Below, piece after piece: positions 53,000-61,919 of a DNA stretch of 64,000 bases; the first letter of the stretch is position 1; every line of letters starts with the position of its first letter. Made by a program: the position numbers and the translations under genes. The stretch comes from a virus. The stretch lies in the IMG/VR virus record IMGVR_UViG_3300042880_000420, positions 32,001 to 96,000 of that record; one strand, written 5' to 3'. The notes beneath the pieces are model-generated. The model did not search any database. It saw only the letters and a list, made by a program, of their open reading frames with translations, and had not been told where the DNA came from.

Positions 53000-53707
53000 T
53001 TAATTATTTCGTTCAGCCGATTTTTCATTTCTTTGATATTGCGTCATTGCTTCTATATCACCAGCTAATATAGATGCAGCTTCATCACAAATAAGTTCTA
53101 CAATATCATCTTTAAGTTCACTGGTAACATCTGTTGTAACAGTGGAACCTGTGTTTAAATCTATACATCCGACAAACTCTACATCTACCGGTTTTCTATA
53201 ATAGTTTAATTTAGGATTTACTACGCTAAATTCACCATTAGTATAAATTCTAATTTTATTATTTACTAATGTACAAAAAGTTTCGGCCCAACTAAATGAT
53301 GGTTTTGAAAACATATCTACTAATAAAAGATCTACATCAGCCTCTTCTGCAAGGTAGACAACAAAAGGTCTTGGATCTTTACAGCTATCTGTTACACCTT
53401 GAATAGAAACTCTTTTAAATTCTAAATAATTAGTAGGTAGGGAATCCACTTGAAAGTATGTAGGATCTACCAAGTTTCCAGAAAGATTAATGGTTGTCAA
53501 TAATTTCTGAAGATCATCAATCCTTCTTTTTGAAGCTTCATCCCCTTCCTTGTAATTATTTGTACCATGGAGTTGTCTTCTAACCCATTCAATTTGTGCT
53601 TTATTAAAAGCTTCAGCAATTTGCCAACATTCTAAATTGTCATAATCAAAAGAAGAAAGTTTATTCAACCTCTCCTTAATTTTTATTTGTAATAGATTGT
53701 TGTTCAT
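53000..53707 (-). CDS. Head-tail connector ring protein
   Basis: AFNKAQIEWV...LPTNYLEFKR...YYRKPVDV...ELICDEAASILAG, a ring/gp4-like pattern in crAss-like synteny. Confidence 0.6.
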   Translation of the reverse strand: MNNNLLQIKIKERLNKLSSFDYDNLECWQIAEAFNKAQIEWVRRQLHGTNNYKEGDEASKRRIDDLQKLLTTINLSGNLVDPTYFQVDSLPTNYLEFKRVSIQGVTDSCKDPRPFVVYLAEEADVDLLLVDMFSKPSFSWAETFCTLVNNKIRIYTNGEFSVVNPKLNYYRKPVDVEFVGCIDLNTGSTVTTDVTSELKDDIVELICDEAASILAGDIEAMTQYQRNEKSAERNN

Positions 53708-53763
53708 TTTTTTATTATTTTGTCAGCTTATAGCCTTACTATTGAATAGAAAATGTCAGTTTA

Positions 53764-53928
53764 TTACTTGACTTTTTTTAATTTTGGATTAGCTTTTTTA
53801 GCAGCAGGAGATGCGTTTCTAGTTGCAGAAGCTAAAATAGCTCCAGCGGCTTCTTTACTTACTCCTTGTTTTTTTGCAATTTGAGATTGCACTGCTTTAA
53901 ATCCAGGATGTGCTTTAGACTTTGCCAT
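53764..53928 (-). CDS. 54-aa basic protein, not in the ORF track
   Basis: Manual translation MAKSKAHPGFKAVQSQIAKKQGVSKEAAGAILASATRNASPAAKKANPKLKKVK with double TAA stop. Confidence 0.75.
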   Translation of the reverse strand: MAKSKAHPGFKAVQSQIAKKQGVSKEAAGAILASATRNASPAAKKANPKLKKVK

Positions 53929-53950
53929 TTTGTATTTAATTTATTAGTTA

Positions 53951-54964
53951 TTAATTCCAGAATTTTTCTACTTCAGTTTGTACTTGAATTAAGATTTGTT
54001 CATTTAAAGGGTTTTTCAAGAATTCCACTGCATCGGTTGAATTTCTACCCATCATAACTGAACTAGGAAGATGGTATACAAACCCATCAGCTTTCGTTGC
54101 TATAATTTTATAATAAATAGCATCCTTCACTATAGCTTTGAGTTTTAATGTTTCCATATCTAATCTAGAAACATCTAAAAACATTTGTGCTGTTTTTCTT
54201 TTATCCTTATCTACAAGTTCTCCAGAAATGTATTTATCCATATTATCATAGACAACATCATTAGGAGTTGACTTCTTATATTGTGCACTGTTAATATCTA
54301 ACACTTTAGCAACATAAAGAAGCTTGTTTTGATTTTTATCAAAGAGTTTTTGTAATTCAGCTGCTGCTTTATTACGCAACTTTTTAAGTTCTGTATTAGT
54401 AGATGCTGTTTCTTCCAGTCTATCTAAATAAAACTTAGGTGGTTTATTCATTGTTTTTGCACCATCAAGAGATTTTGCAATCATACTAAATCCACCATTT
54501 TCAATAGCATAAAGTTTAATAAGATCATAAGGATCTCTTTCTGGATCAAGAAATACAGGTTCATTACCACATCTTAATTTAATTTTGTCCCAAAAATCAG
54601 AATTATCAGGACGCAACAATTTGATTTTGTTCCAAAATTCAGAATCATTAGGATCTACTACATTAGAATTCAATTGTCTTTCTAATTGACTAACAATCAT
54701 TCTAATTTGTTTAATTTTAGCCTCTTTTTCTTCTGTAGAATAATCAAGAAGTTCTGGAGCAAACTCATTAAGACCTGTTACATATCTTTTAATTCCATTA
54801 ATTTCAAGACAAGCTATTTGTTCTTCATGAAAAACATTGTCAAAAAGAGCTAGTCCGTAATTTTGCAATCCCATGTTGTCAACCTTAGAATCAAAATAAG
54901 GTTTAATTGCAATTTTAGATTTTTTGTTTTGTGGATACTTTTCCACAATAGTCATTGTACTCAT
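53951..54964 (-). CDS. Conserved crAss-like protein downstream of the MCP
   Basis: 337-aa ORF in the conserved position after the capsid gene; no catalytic motif recognised. Confidence 0.55.
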   Translation of the reverse strand: MSTMTIVEKYPQNKKSKIAIKPYFDSKVDNMGLQNYGLALFDNVFHEEQIACLEINGIKRYVTGLNEFAPELLDYSTEEKEAKIKQIRMIVSQLERQLNSNVVDPNDSEFWNKIKLLRPDNSDFWDKIKLRCGNEPVFLDPERDPYDLIKLYAIENGGFSMIAKSLDGAKTMNKPPKFYLDRLEETASTNTELKKLRNKAAAELQKLFDKNQNKLLYVAKVLDINSAQYKKSTPNDVVYDNMDKYISGELVDKDKRKTAQMFLDVSRLDMETLKLKAIVKDAIYYKIIATKADGFVYHLPSSVMMGRNSTDAVEFLKNPLNEQILIQVQTEVEKFWN

Positions 54965-54988
54965 GTTTGGTTTTGGTTTGGTGAGTTG

Positions 54989-55035
54989 TTCCCAACGAAG
55001 GCTGCCAGACTTCTAAAATAGGCGTATGTTGGGAA
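54989..55035 (-). promoter_or_regulatory. Structured 5' leader element (stem with nested hairpin)
   Basis: TTCCCAAC (54989-54996) pairs with GTTGGGAA (55028-55035), enclosing a GAAG-9 nt-CTTC hairpin; GC-rich island in an AT-rich gap. Confidence 0.4.
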
Positions 55036-55124
55036 GTTCGAAGATAAATCTTTAAACTGTTAAATTATTGCAAATTAAATTGTAAATGTTTCATTGTAAA
55101 ATTTTATTTGCAGTTAATAGAAAA

Positions 55125-55661
55125 TTAAGAAACTCTAGTTACTGTAAAACTAGCATTAGCTAATACCACAGAAGCAGTTGCGTTTGATACTTGTTGTGCA
55201 AACATAACTGTTAAAGTACCAGGATTTGCTACAACTACAGTTCCTTCAATAACAATTAAAGTATGTGCAGCAGCAGCTCCACCAATTGTAGTACCTGGTG
55301 TAGCAGTTGTAGAAGATGAAACAGCAACAGCAGATGCGATATAATATAAAGCTGTAGCATTAATACTTGTCCAAGTACTTGTTCCTCCAATAGCAACCTT
55401 TGAACCAGGAGTTGCATTAACTGTTACAGGTAATACAGCTCTAAAACTATACACACCACCTGCTTCTACATTTTTAGAAAGCTCAGTTACATTTGCAAAT
55501 ACAGTGTTACTAGTTACACTAAATGCAGATGTTGTAGACATTGTATCTGGTATATACTTAAGAAGATAATTTAAATGACCAAATTTAGCCAATGCCATGT
55601 CTTCTTCTTTTTTCAAAAACGGATCGTCTGATTTAGGAAAAAATTTATTTAAAAGTATCAT
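55125..55661 (-). CDS. Putative head decoration/fibre protein
   Basis: Short N-terminal LAKFGHLN segment plus A/T/V-rich beta-sandwich, directly after the MCP. Confidence 0.45.
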   Translation of the reverse strand: MILLNKFFPKSDDPFLKKEEDMALAKFGHLNYLLKYIPDTMSTTSAFSVTSNTVFANVTELSKNVEAGGVYSFRAVLPVTVNATPGSKVAIGGTSTWTSINATALYYIASAVAVSSSTTATPGTTIGGAAAAHTLIVIEGTVVVANPGTLTVMFAQQVSNATASVVLANASFTVTRVS

Positions 55662-55706
55662 TTTATTTTTTATTTATTATGTTATTAAAAATTGTTTATG
55701 GTTATT

Positions 55707-55738
55707 AGAAAGATGTTAGCTAAAACTAACATCTTTCT
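55707..55738. terminator. 13-bp perfect hairpin after the MCP (terminator or mRNA-stabilising stem)
   Basis: AGAAAGATGTTAG-ctaaaa-CTAACATCTTTCT; no long U-tract on the minus strand. Confidence 0.55.
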
Positions 55739-55792
55739 GTTTAAACCTATCATTTAATTTAGATTTTTATTAAAATCCAAATATATTTATAA

Positions 55793-57436
55793 TTAGAACG
55801 ATGATCCAGTAATTGGATTACGCATCACAATTTTCAACACTTTTGTAGGATCTTTCACCCAAATTGCTGGCATTGTCTGAGACATCATTACACGGTATCC
55901 ATTAAAGTTACCAGAACTTTGGAATCCTTGTGTACGACCCATATAATCCATGGTACCATTTTGATAGAACCATTTCAATTGATTATCCCAGCTTAATTTC
56001 AACAAGAAGATGTTGTCATTAGTGTTATCTGTAATATCAAAGATGATAAAGTTATAAGATGATAATGGGAAACCGTCAATTAATGGATTCTCAATATCAT
56101 TTGTGTGTACATTATCAAAAGCAGGATTCAACACAAACTTAACATTTGCTAAGAAAGGAATTACATACTGAGTGTAAGCAAATCCAAAGTTAAGATCCAT
56201 ACCTTGACCGGTAATAGCACCAACCTCACGTGCATTAATAACCATACCAGATGCAACAGCTTCTTTCTTAATAGCTTCATTAATCATCTTCATACCACCC
56301 ATACCAGTTTGTACTACAAGACTGCGTTGAGGATCAGGTCCTTTAAATTCAACCTTACCATTAAAGAAGTTAAATATTTCAGCACGGAACAAATCAAGTG
56401 TAAAGCTAGATTTATTGTAAATGCGTTTATAAGAATTATCAAGTTGTTTCCAAAGACCTACAGACAAACGAATATCATCTGGACCATCTTGTTTCAAACG
56501 ACCACCTTGACCCCACATAAGGTAAGTTTCAATGTCATTAGCAATCTTAGAAAGATGTGCAGCTTCCAAAGTTGTTAAGAATGTACGAGAAAGTTGACCA
56601 TTTTGGTATGCTTTTTTAACATAATCAGGTCCCATTTTCTCAGCCATTTTTTCAAGAGAAGTGATTGATGGATCCATTGACTTGTCAAAGTTGCGCCACA
56701 ATTCAATTACTGGAACTGTACCATCAGCTTTCATACCACCTTTCATCATCATGTCAGCTTTAGAGCTAATAGAATAATGAACGTGAGCTTCAGCACCTCC
56801 TACAAAGTTGTAGAATTCACGGAAACCACTGCGAACTTCTCCAATATCAGAGAATCTTTCTCCATATTCTCCACGTGCAGAACCTTTACGAAACACTTTA
56901 GATCCAATTTTAAAAGGATTAGCAGTGTTGCAAATAATAGCTTTAGTGCTATCATTGTTTACAATTTGTACAGTGTAAACAAAAGAATCACCAGCTGGAA
57001 CAATATCATCAGCAGTGATATAAAGTTCTACACCATTATATTTGTCATAAGTGATAATATCACCGTGACCAAATACACGTCTGTTAAGACGAATTTTAAA
57101 TGTAGTACCATCAACACCATAAGCAGTGCTTGCGCTACCACCATTGGTAATGTTTACTTCTTCAGTAAGGTAAGGCAAATCTTGAGCTACAGGAACTTGC
57201 CACTTATACTCACCGCGAGCATTATCTACCATAATTACATTTTTACCACCAAATGAAGACATTTGATAGAGGGGCATTTCTACTTTTTGTGTCATTGCCC
57301 AAAGGTCTACTGGACCAAGGTCCATAGGTTCTGCTGATTTCAGCATGTTAGTCATATGGTATGAATCTACATGAGAACTAGTTTTGTAGTTATTATCACG
57401 CAGGAATATACCATTGTTTAAAACTGGTGTTGCCAT
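55793..57436 (-). CDS. Major capsid protein (crAss-like HK97 fold)
   Basis: 547 aa with high-expression codon bias; portal-scaffold-MCP order; YLMWGQGG...GLWKQL, GFAYTQY and IWVKDPTK segments typical of crAss-like MCPs. Confidence 0.85.
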   Translation of the reverse strand: MATPVLNNGIFLRDNNYKTSSHVDSYHMTNMLKSAEPMDLGPVDLWAMTQKVEMPLYQMSSFGGKNVIMVDNARGEYKWQVPVAQDLPYLTEEVNITNGGSASTAYGVDGTTFKIRLNRRVFGHGDIITYDKYNGVELYITADDIVPAGDSFVYTVQIVNNDSTKAIICNTANPFKIGSKVFRKGSARGEYGERFSDIGEVRSGFREFYNFVGGAEAHVHYSISSKADMMMKGGMKADGTVPVIELWRNFDKSMDPSITSLEKMAEKMGPDYVKKAYQNGQLSRTFLTTLEAAHLSKIANDIETYLMWGQGGRLKQDGPDDIRLSVGLWKQLDNSYKRIYNKSSFTLDLFRAEIFNFFNGKVEFKGPDPQRSLVVQTGMGGMKMINEAIKKEAVASGMVINAREVGAITGQGMDLNFGFAYTQYVIPFLANVKFVLNPAFDNVHTNDIENPLIDGFPLSSYNFIIFDITDNTNDNIFLLKLSWDNQLKWFYQNGTMDYMGRTQGFQSSGNFNGYRVMMSQTMPAIWVKDPTKVLKIVMRNPITGSSF

Positions 57437-57481
57437 TGTTTTTTAAATTTAGAGTTAATAATTATTGATTAAAAATTTTTA

Positions 57482-58714
57482 TTATCGTTTAAAAATATTT
57501 GTTTGTCTAGGAATTTTTCTAACCTGTTCACTTTGCGATGTATTCACAGAAGATGTAGCTTTGTTTCTTGATTGTTCAGTTTTAAGTTGTCGTACAGTTT
57601 GTTCTACCGCTTGGTTCTTACCTTGCTTCATCAATGAAGATCTATAATCATCAGGATTAGAAAGTAACCACAAAGCTTCTGCTATAAGATCGTATCTTGG
57701 TTCCACATATTGGTATTTTTCCAATAAGTGTCCTAAAAGATTTGTAGGATTACCATTTATAGAAGGATATTGAGGTTGTGTTAATCCGTTATATAAGAAT
57801 GACTGCACCTTTTTATCAAGTTTTACGCCCCCCAATTCACCTTGTCTTAATGTTTCAAAAACATTTTGTACATAAGCATCAGCGGCTTGTTCTTGCTGTT
57901 TTCTCATTATTTCTTGCTCTGCAAGTTTAGACTGAATCATCTCTTCTTGCATAGCATCCAACTTAGGTTTAAATTGCTTTGCTTTCTTTTCCAGTTGACC
58001 AAGATCTTTCCAGTTGTTTACTTCTTCTTCAATTTCATCATTGTCACCAAAGTTGGTTGCTTGAAGATAAGAGCGTACAATTGATTCTTGATCACCGTCT
58101 GATTCAGGATTTAATTCTCTCACCTGCTCTACTTTAGCTAATGCTTGAAATAATCCTTTAAGATCTTGTCCTCCATCTGCTACATATTTAGCAGCATACT
58201 GAAGTTCTTCCGGAAGACTTTCAAAAAACTCAGCAGGTGTGTGAGAAGCTATTTCATTTTTTATATTAGAAATATTAGCTTGCCAAAGCTCATCCAAATC
58301 TTTTTCATTCAAAGAACTAATATAGTCGTCTAAAGTTTGTTTCTCTTCATCATAGTCGTCAAAAGCAAACATTTCCTTAGACTCAATTCTTTTTTTAAGA
58401 AAGCCTACAAGAGATGATTTTTCTGTTTTAGGTCTTCCTCTCTGTACTGTTTCTTCTTCTGAAGAACTATCATTTACAATTTCTTCATCTACAATACTTT
58501 CAATTACATCTGTTTGGCTAGGTTGTTCTGGTTCGTCCAAAAAAGAAACATCTGTTTGTGAACTAGCAAAAATATTAGGTTTTTCCTCTGTTTCTTTTGT
58601 AGAAGAAGCTGAGGTCATGACACTATCCGCTCCAGGTGCACCAATCCAGCTGTCTATATCAAGATCTACTTGGTTAACAGATGTTATATCTGTTGGGTTG
58701 TTGTTGGTTTCCAT
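57482..58714 (-). CDS. Acidic scaffold-like protein
   Basis: Very acidic N-terminus, coiled coil; located between portal and MCP. Confidence 0.6.
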   Translation of the reverse strand: METNNNPTDITSVNQVDLDIDSWIGAPGADSVMTSASSTKETEEKPNIFASSQTDVSFLDEPEQPSQTDVIESIVDEEIVNDSSSEEETVQRGRPKTEKSSLVGFLKKRIESKEMFAFDDYDEEKQTLDDYISSLNEKDLDELWQANISNIKNEIASHTPAEFFESLPEELQYAAKYVADGGQDLKGLFQALAKVEQVRELNPESDGDQESIVRSYLQATNFGDNDEIEEEVNNWKDLGQLEKKAKQFKPKLDAMQEEMIQSKLAEQEIMRKQQEQAADAYVQNVFETLRQGELGGVKLDKKVQSFLYNGLTQPQYPSINGNPTNLLGHLLEKYQYVEPRYDLIAEALWLLSNPDDYRSSLMKQGKNQAVEQTVRQLKTEQSRNKATSSVNTSQSEQVRKIPRQTNIFKR

Positions 58715-58733
58715 GTTAATTATTGGTTTTAAT

Positions 58734-58750
58734 TACATTATTAATATACG
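58734..58750 (-). promoter_or_regulatory. Putative late promoter for the scaffold-MCP operon
   Basis: Minus strand CGTATATTAATAATGTA upstream of 58714. Confidence 0.45.
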
Positions 58751-58894
58751 AATTAAACTCTAAAGATTTATAACAAAATGTTTTTGTCATATTTTGTTTC
58801 GGATAATAAGGCTATAATTTTTAAATGTTGTTTAATACTTTTAATATATCTTTTAAAACAAGAACGTAATTTACTTTACAAATAATTAAAAGCA

Positions 58895-61639
58895 TTATTT
58901 TTTATTTTTATCTGCTTTAATTTCAAATTGTGTTCTATTTGTTCGAGCTATTTCTAATTGTTTATTAGCAATATCCTGTTGAGTTTGAATTTTTTCTCTC
59001 TCAATATCTAGCTTTTGTTCATTAAATCTTGTTTTATTTACTTCTTGTTCACGTTTAAGATTGCTAGTATCTGTATAATTTTGTTGTTGTTGAATTTTAG
59101 CAAGAGCATCTTGATAATCAGACATAGCATTTTGGTTAATGTCTTGTGTTGCACCATATCCAGCAGCTCTAATTTCAGCTTCAACAATTCTTGCTTGTCT
59201 ATCCTTGTCTTTTTCTTCAGCAATAAATTGTTGTTTCATCATCTCTTGTTGTTGAAGAGCTTCTTGTTGTTTTTGCTGCATTTCTTGCTCATGTTGCTGC
59301 TGTTGTTGTCTGATGCTATTAGCTTTCTCTTCAGTTTTTTTCAAAACATTTGTAAGTTCTGCAATAGATTCAGATTTAATAACGTTTCCAAGATCATAAA
59401 TACTAGCACCTGTAGTGTTATTATTTAATGCTAAAGATTTAAGCTGTTCCATTACAGCTCTAGAATTAGTTTTAGTAGTGCAAAATATGTTAAGATCACG
59501 CATCAAAAGATCTGTACCATTAATTTGAAAATTAACCTTTTCATCCGCAGATGTAACATATTGAAGACGCACCGAGGGTTTTGTAGAATTATAATATTGA
59601 GCTAGTTCTGTTCTCATCTGATGTACTCTAGGCATCAAATTGTCACTATGCTGTACAAAATACACTTCTGTTTGATTGTAAGAAGCATTTAAAGCTTGTT
59701 CTACACCTGTTGCAGTTTGTTGTGCAATTTGTTGTCCCATTCGCTGAGGATTAACACCAATTACCTCAAATGCTTGAGTTTTAAAATAGTTAGCTAAATT
59801 AATCCTAGACATTAAACGCTGTGTTTGTTCTAAATTTAACACCTGATAGTGTTGAAAATTAAGAGCATTTTCAGTGTTAGTTATAGATGTATCTAAAGGT
59901 AACATCTGGAAGTTTTTCATAGCAACATATGCATTTGCTAAATTGTTCTTTCCCCAATCTTCTCCCATTGAATGTCTGGGTAGGGCGTTCTGATCAAACA
60001 TAATAACTGTACCTAACTCATCTATTAATATATCAGCTATTTGATTGTTAACTATATTATAACCTATTTGAAAAGGTTTCATAAGATCCACCATAGATAC
60101 AGAACGTGTATTTCTATCTGAAAATACAGCTCCCTCTACAGGAGGTTTGCAACCATAAAGAGTTGTATCTCCTTTAAATTGGAATGGAATTTTACCCGGT
60201 TTACCACCATTTAGTCCAAGATATATTGGATTAAAACCACCTGGATTATTCATACCCCAAAAAGAAGGTCTATTTGGTCCTATTTTTATACCACCCCAAA
60301 CTTCATTAATCCAAATCCAATCTATATGTTCTCCAAATACTAAATTGTCTTTTGTTTTTTCTTTATATAAGCTAGTATCATACAGAGGTTTGTCAGTAAT
60401 TTTGTAGTTTTCAGCTACAATATCTTGTATCATTTCACCTAATTCTGTAATCTTTGTAAGGTGTCCCACTCTACGTTGTGACTTCCAATATACAGTAGTG
60501 CAACGCAACAAATGTGCATTACCCCAATCAAAAAGATCTTCTGACTCATTTAATATAGATTGAATAACATCACCACTCCATTTTGTATTGTCATATGTAC
60601 TCATAAACTGTCTATATGCAAGACCTGGCATCTGAGTATTCCAATCATGAGATCTTGTTGGATCATAATAAGATCCATCATTTTGCATACCTGGAAGTGC
60701 ATATCCAGCAGATCTTACAGGATAAATAACCTCTAAAGCTTTAAGTTGCTCTTCATTCATCATCCACCCAAACTTATCTATAACATCTGCTACAGTAAGT
60801 AAATCAAGCATTCCTATCCAATGAGCTTCAGATATGTAACGAGCAGAAGCAGACTTATGATAGAAAACTTGTACAGGATTCCAAAGCTCAATTTCATAAT
60901 CATCATCCATCATTCTAAAATGCCAAAATTCTCTATCTGTAATTAACATGTCACGAAATGCTCTTTCTTCCAATTCATCCATGTGAAATCTTTCTACATC
61001 TACTTGATGTTGGTGCGTAGCCCAACTTTCATATAGATTTCTGTAGTCTTTTTTAAAAAAGCTTTCAATTTCTGGTAATGATTTTAATTTATCAGGAGAC
61101 ATTTCTTGTTGAAATTCTTCAGATTGAGGGTCCATTCCCATATTAATAAGCTTGTTCATCATTTTAGCTTGTGCTTTTTGCATAAGCACTTCTTCAATCA
61201 TGTTCTTTTTTTCTTCTAACATTTCATTATATGAAAGCTCATCCACCGTTCTAAACATAATTTTAGAAGCTCTCTTACTAAATTCAGAACATAAGACATT
61301 AATTACATTAGGTATAATAGGGTAGAATTTAAGTTCTAATGCTGTCTTATCTTCTTTAGTTAGCATATCAATAAGCTCACCATTAGGGTTATCTTCTTCA
61401 ACTATATAATCTGTTTTATCGATAATACCCTTTGCTAATTTATAATTTTTAAGTAAACGTACAGCATTACGTCTAAGTTGACGCATACCCTGCCACTCTA
61501 ACCAGTCTAAATTCCATGCTCTCCACTCATCATCCTTTTCAGCTTCTGGTAGAAATTGTACAGGTTGCATAAGGCTCCCCATTTTATTGTACTCAACTTT
61601 CTTGCCTGCCTTGAGGTCAAGTGCATTATATATTTGCAT
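58895..61639 (-). CDS. Portal protein
   Basis: KFYPIIPNVINVL, WIWINEVWGGIKIG, SMVDLMKPFQIGYNIVNNQ, GVNPQRMGQ...TATGVEQ and Q-rich C-terminal barrel, typical of crAss-like portals. Confidence 0.9.
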   Translation of the reverse strand: MQIYNALDLKAGKKVEYNKMGSLMQPVQFLPEAEKDDEWRAWNLDWLEWQGMRQLRRNAVRLLKNYKLAKGIIDKTDYIVEEDNPNGELIDMLTKEDKTALELKFYPIIPNVINVLCSEFSKRASKIMFRTVDELSYNEMLEEKKNMIEEVLMQKAQAKMMNKLINMGMDPQSEEFQQEMSPDKLKSLPEIESFFKKDYRNLYESWATHQHQVDVERFHMDELEERAFRDMLITDREFWHFRMMDDDYEIELWNPVQVFYHKSASARYISEAHWIGMLDLLTVADVIDKFGWMMNEEQLKALEVIYPVRSAGYALPGMQNDGSYYDPTRSHDWNTQMPGLAYRQFMSTYDNTKWSGDVIQSILNESEDLFDWGNAHLLRCTTVYWKSQRRVGHLTKITELGEMIQDIVAENYKITDKPLYDTSLYKEKTKDNLVFGEHIDWIWINEVWGGIKIGPNRPSFWGMNNPGGFNPIYLGLNGGKPGKIPFQFKGDTTLYGCKPPVEGAVFSDRNTRSVSMVDLMKPFQIGYNIVNNQIADILIDELGTVIMFDQNALPRHSMGEDWGKNNLANAYVAMKNFQMLPLDTSITNTENALNFQHYQVLNLEQTQRLMSRINLANYFKTQAFEVIGVNPQRMGQQIAQQTATGVEQALNASYNQTEVYFVQHSDNLMPRVHQMRTELAQYYNSTKPSVRLQYVTSADEKVNFQINGTDLLMRDLNIFCTTKTNSRAVMEQLKSLALNNNTTGASIYDLGNVIKSESIAELTNVLKKTEEKANSIRQQQQQHEQEMQQKQQEALQQQEMMKQQFIAEEKDKDRQARIVEAEIRAAGYGATQDINQNAMSDYQDALAKIQQQQNYTDTSNLKREQEVNKTRFNEQKLDIEREKIQTQQDIANKQLEIARTNRTQFEIKADKNKK

Positions 61640-61650
61640 TTTTTATATAT

Positions 61651-61914
61651 TTAAATTATATTACTAACAGTTGTTCCTTTTGGATAAAAAGCTGTTGTTG
61701 TTCCTGTTGTTGTAAATGAATCTCTTCCACAATAAATTTCATATGGTTTTCTCCAATGAGGATCTACCCGTGGATTTGTATACGGAAGTTGAGAAGGAAT
61801 GCGTTGTATTACAATCTTTTCTTCATTTTCTCCAATTAAAACCAAAGCTTCTTTTAAAGAAATTTTATTTTTTTTAATTAATTTCTCTAATAATTCTATT
61901 TTCTTATCTTCCAT
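61651..61914 (-). CDS. Hypothetical protein
   Basis: 87-aa ORF tightly packed between terminase and portal. Confidence 0.55.
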   Translation of the reverse strand: MEDKKIELLEKLIKKNKISLKEALVLIGENEEKIVIQRIPSQLPYTNPRVDPHWRKPYEIYCGRDSFTTTGTTTAFYPKGTTVSNII

Positions 61915-61919
61915 TTTAT

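Noticed and set aside
56204-57256. 124-aa and 159-aa plus-strand ORFs
   Set aside because: Antisense shadows of the codon-biased major capsid gene.
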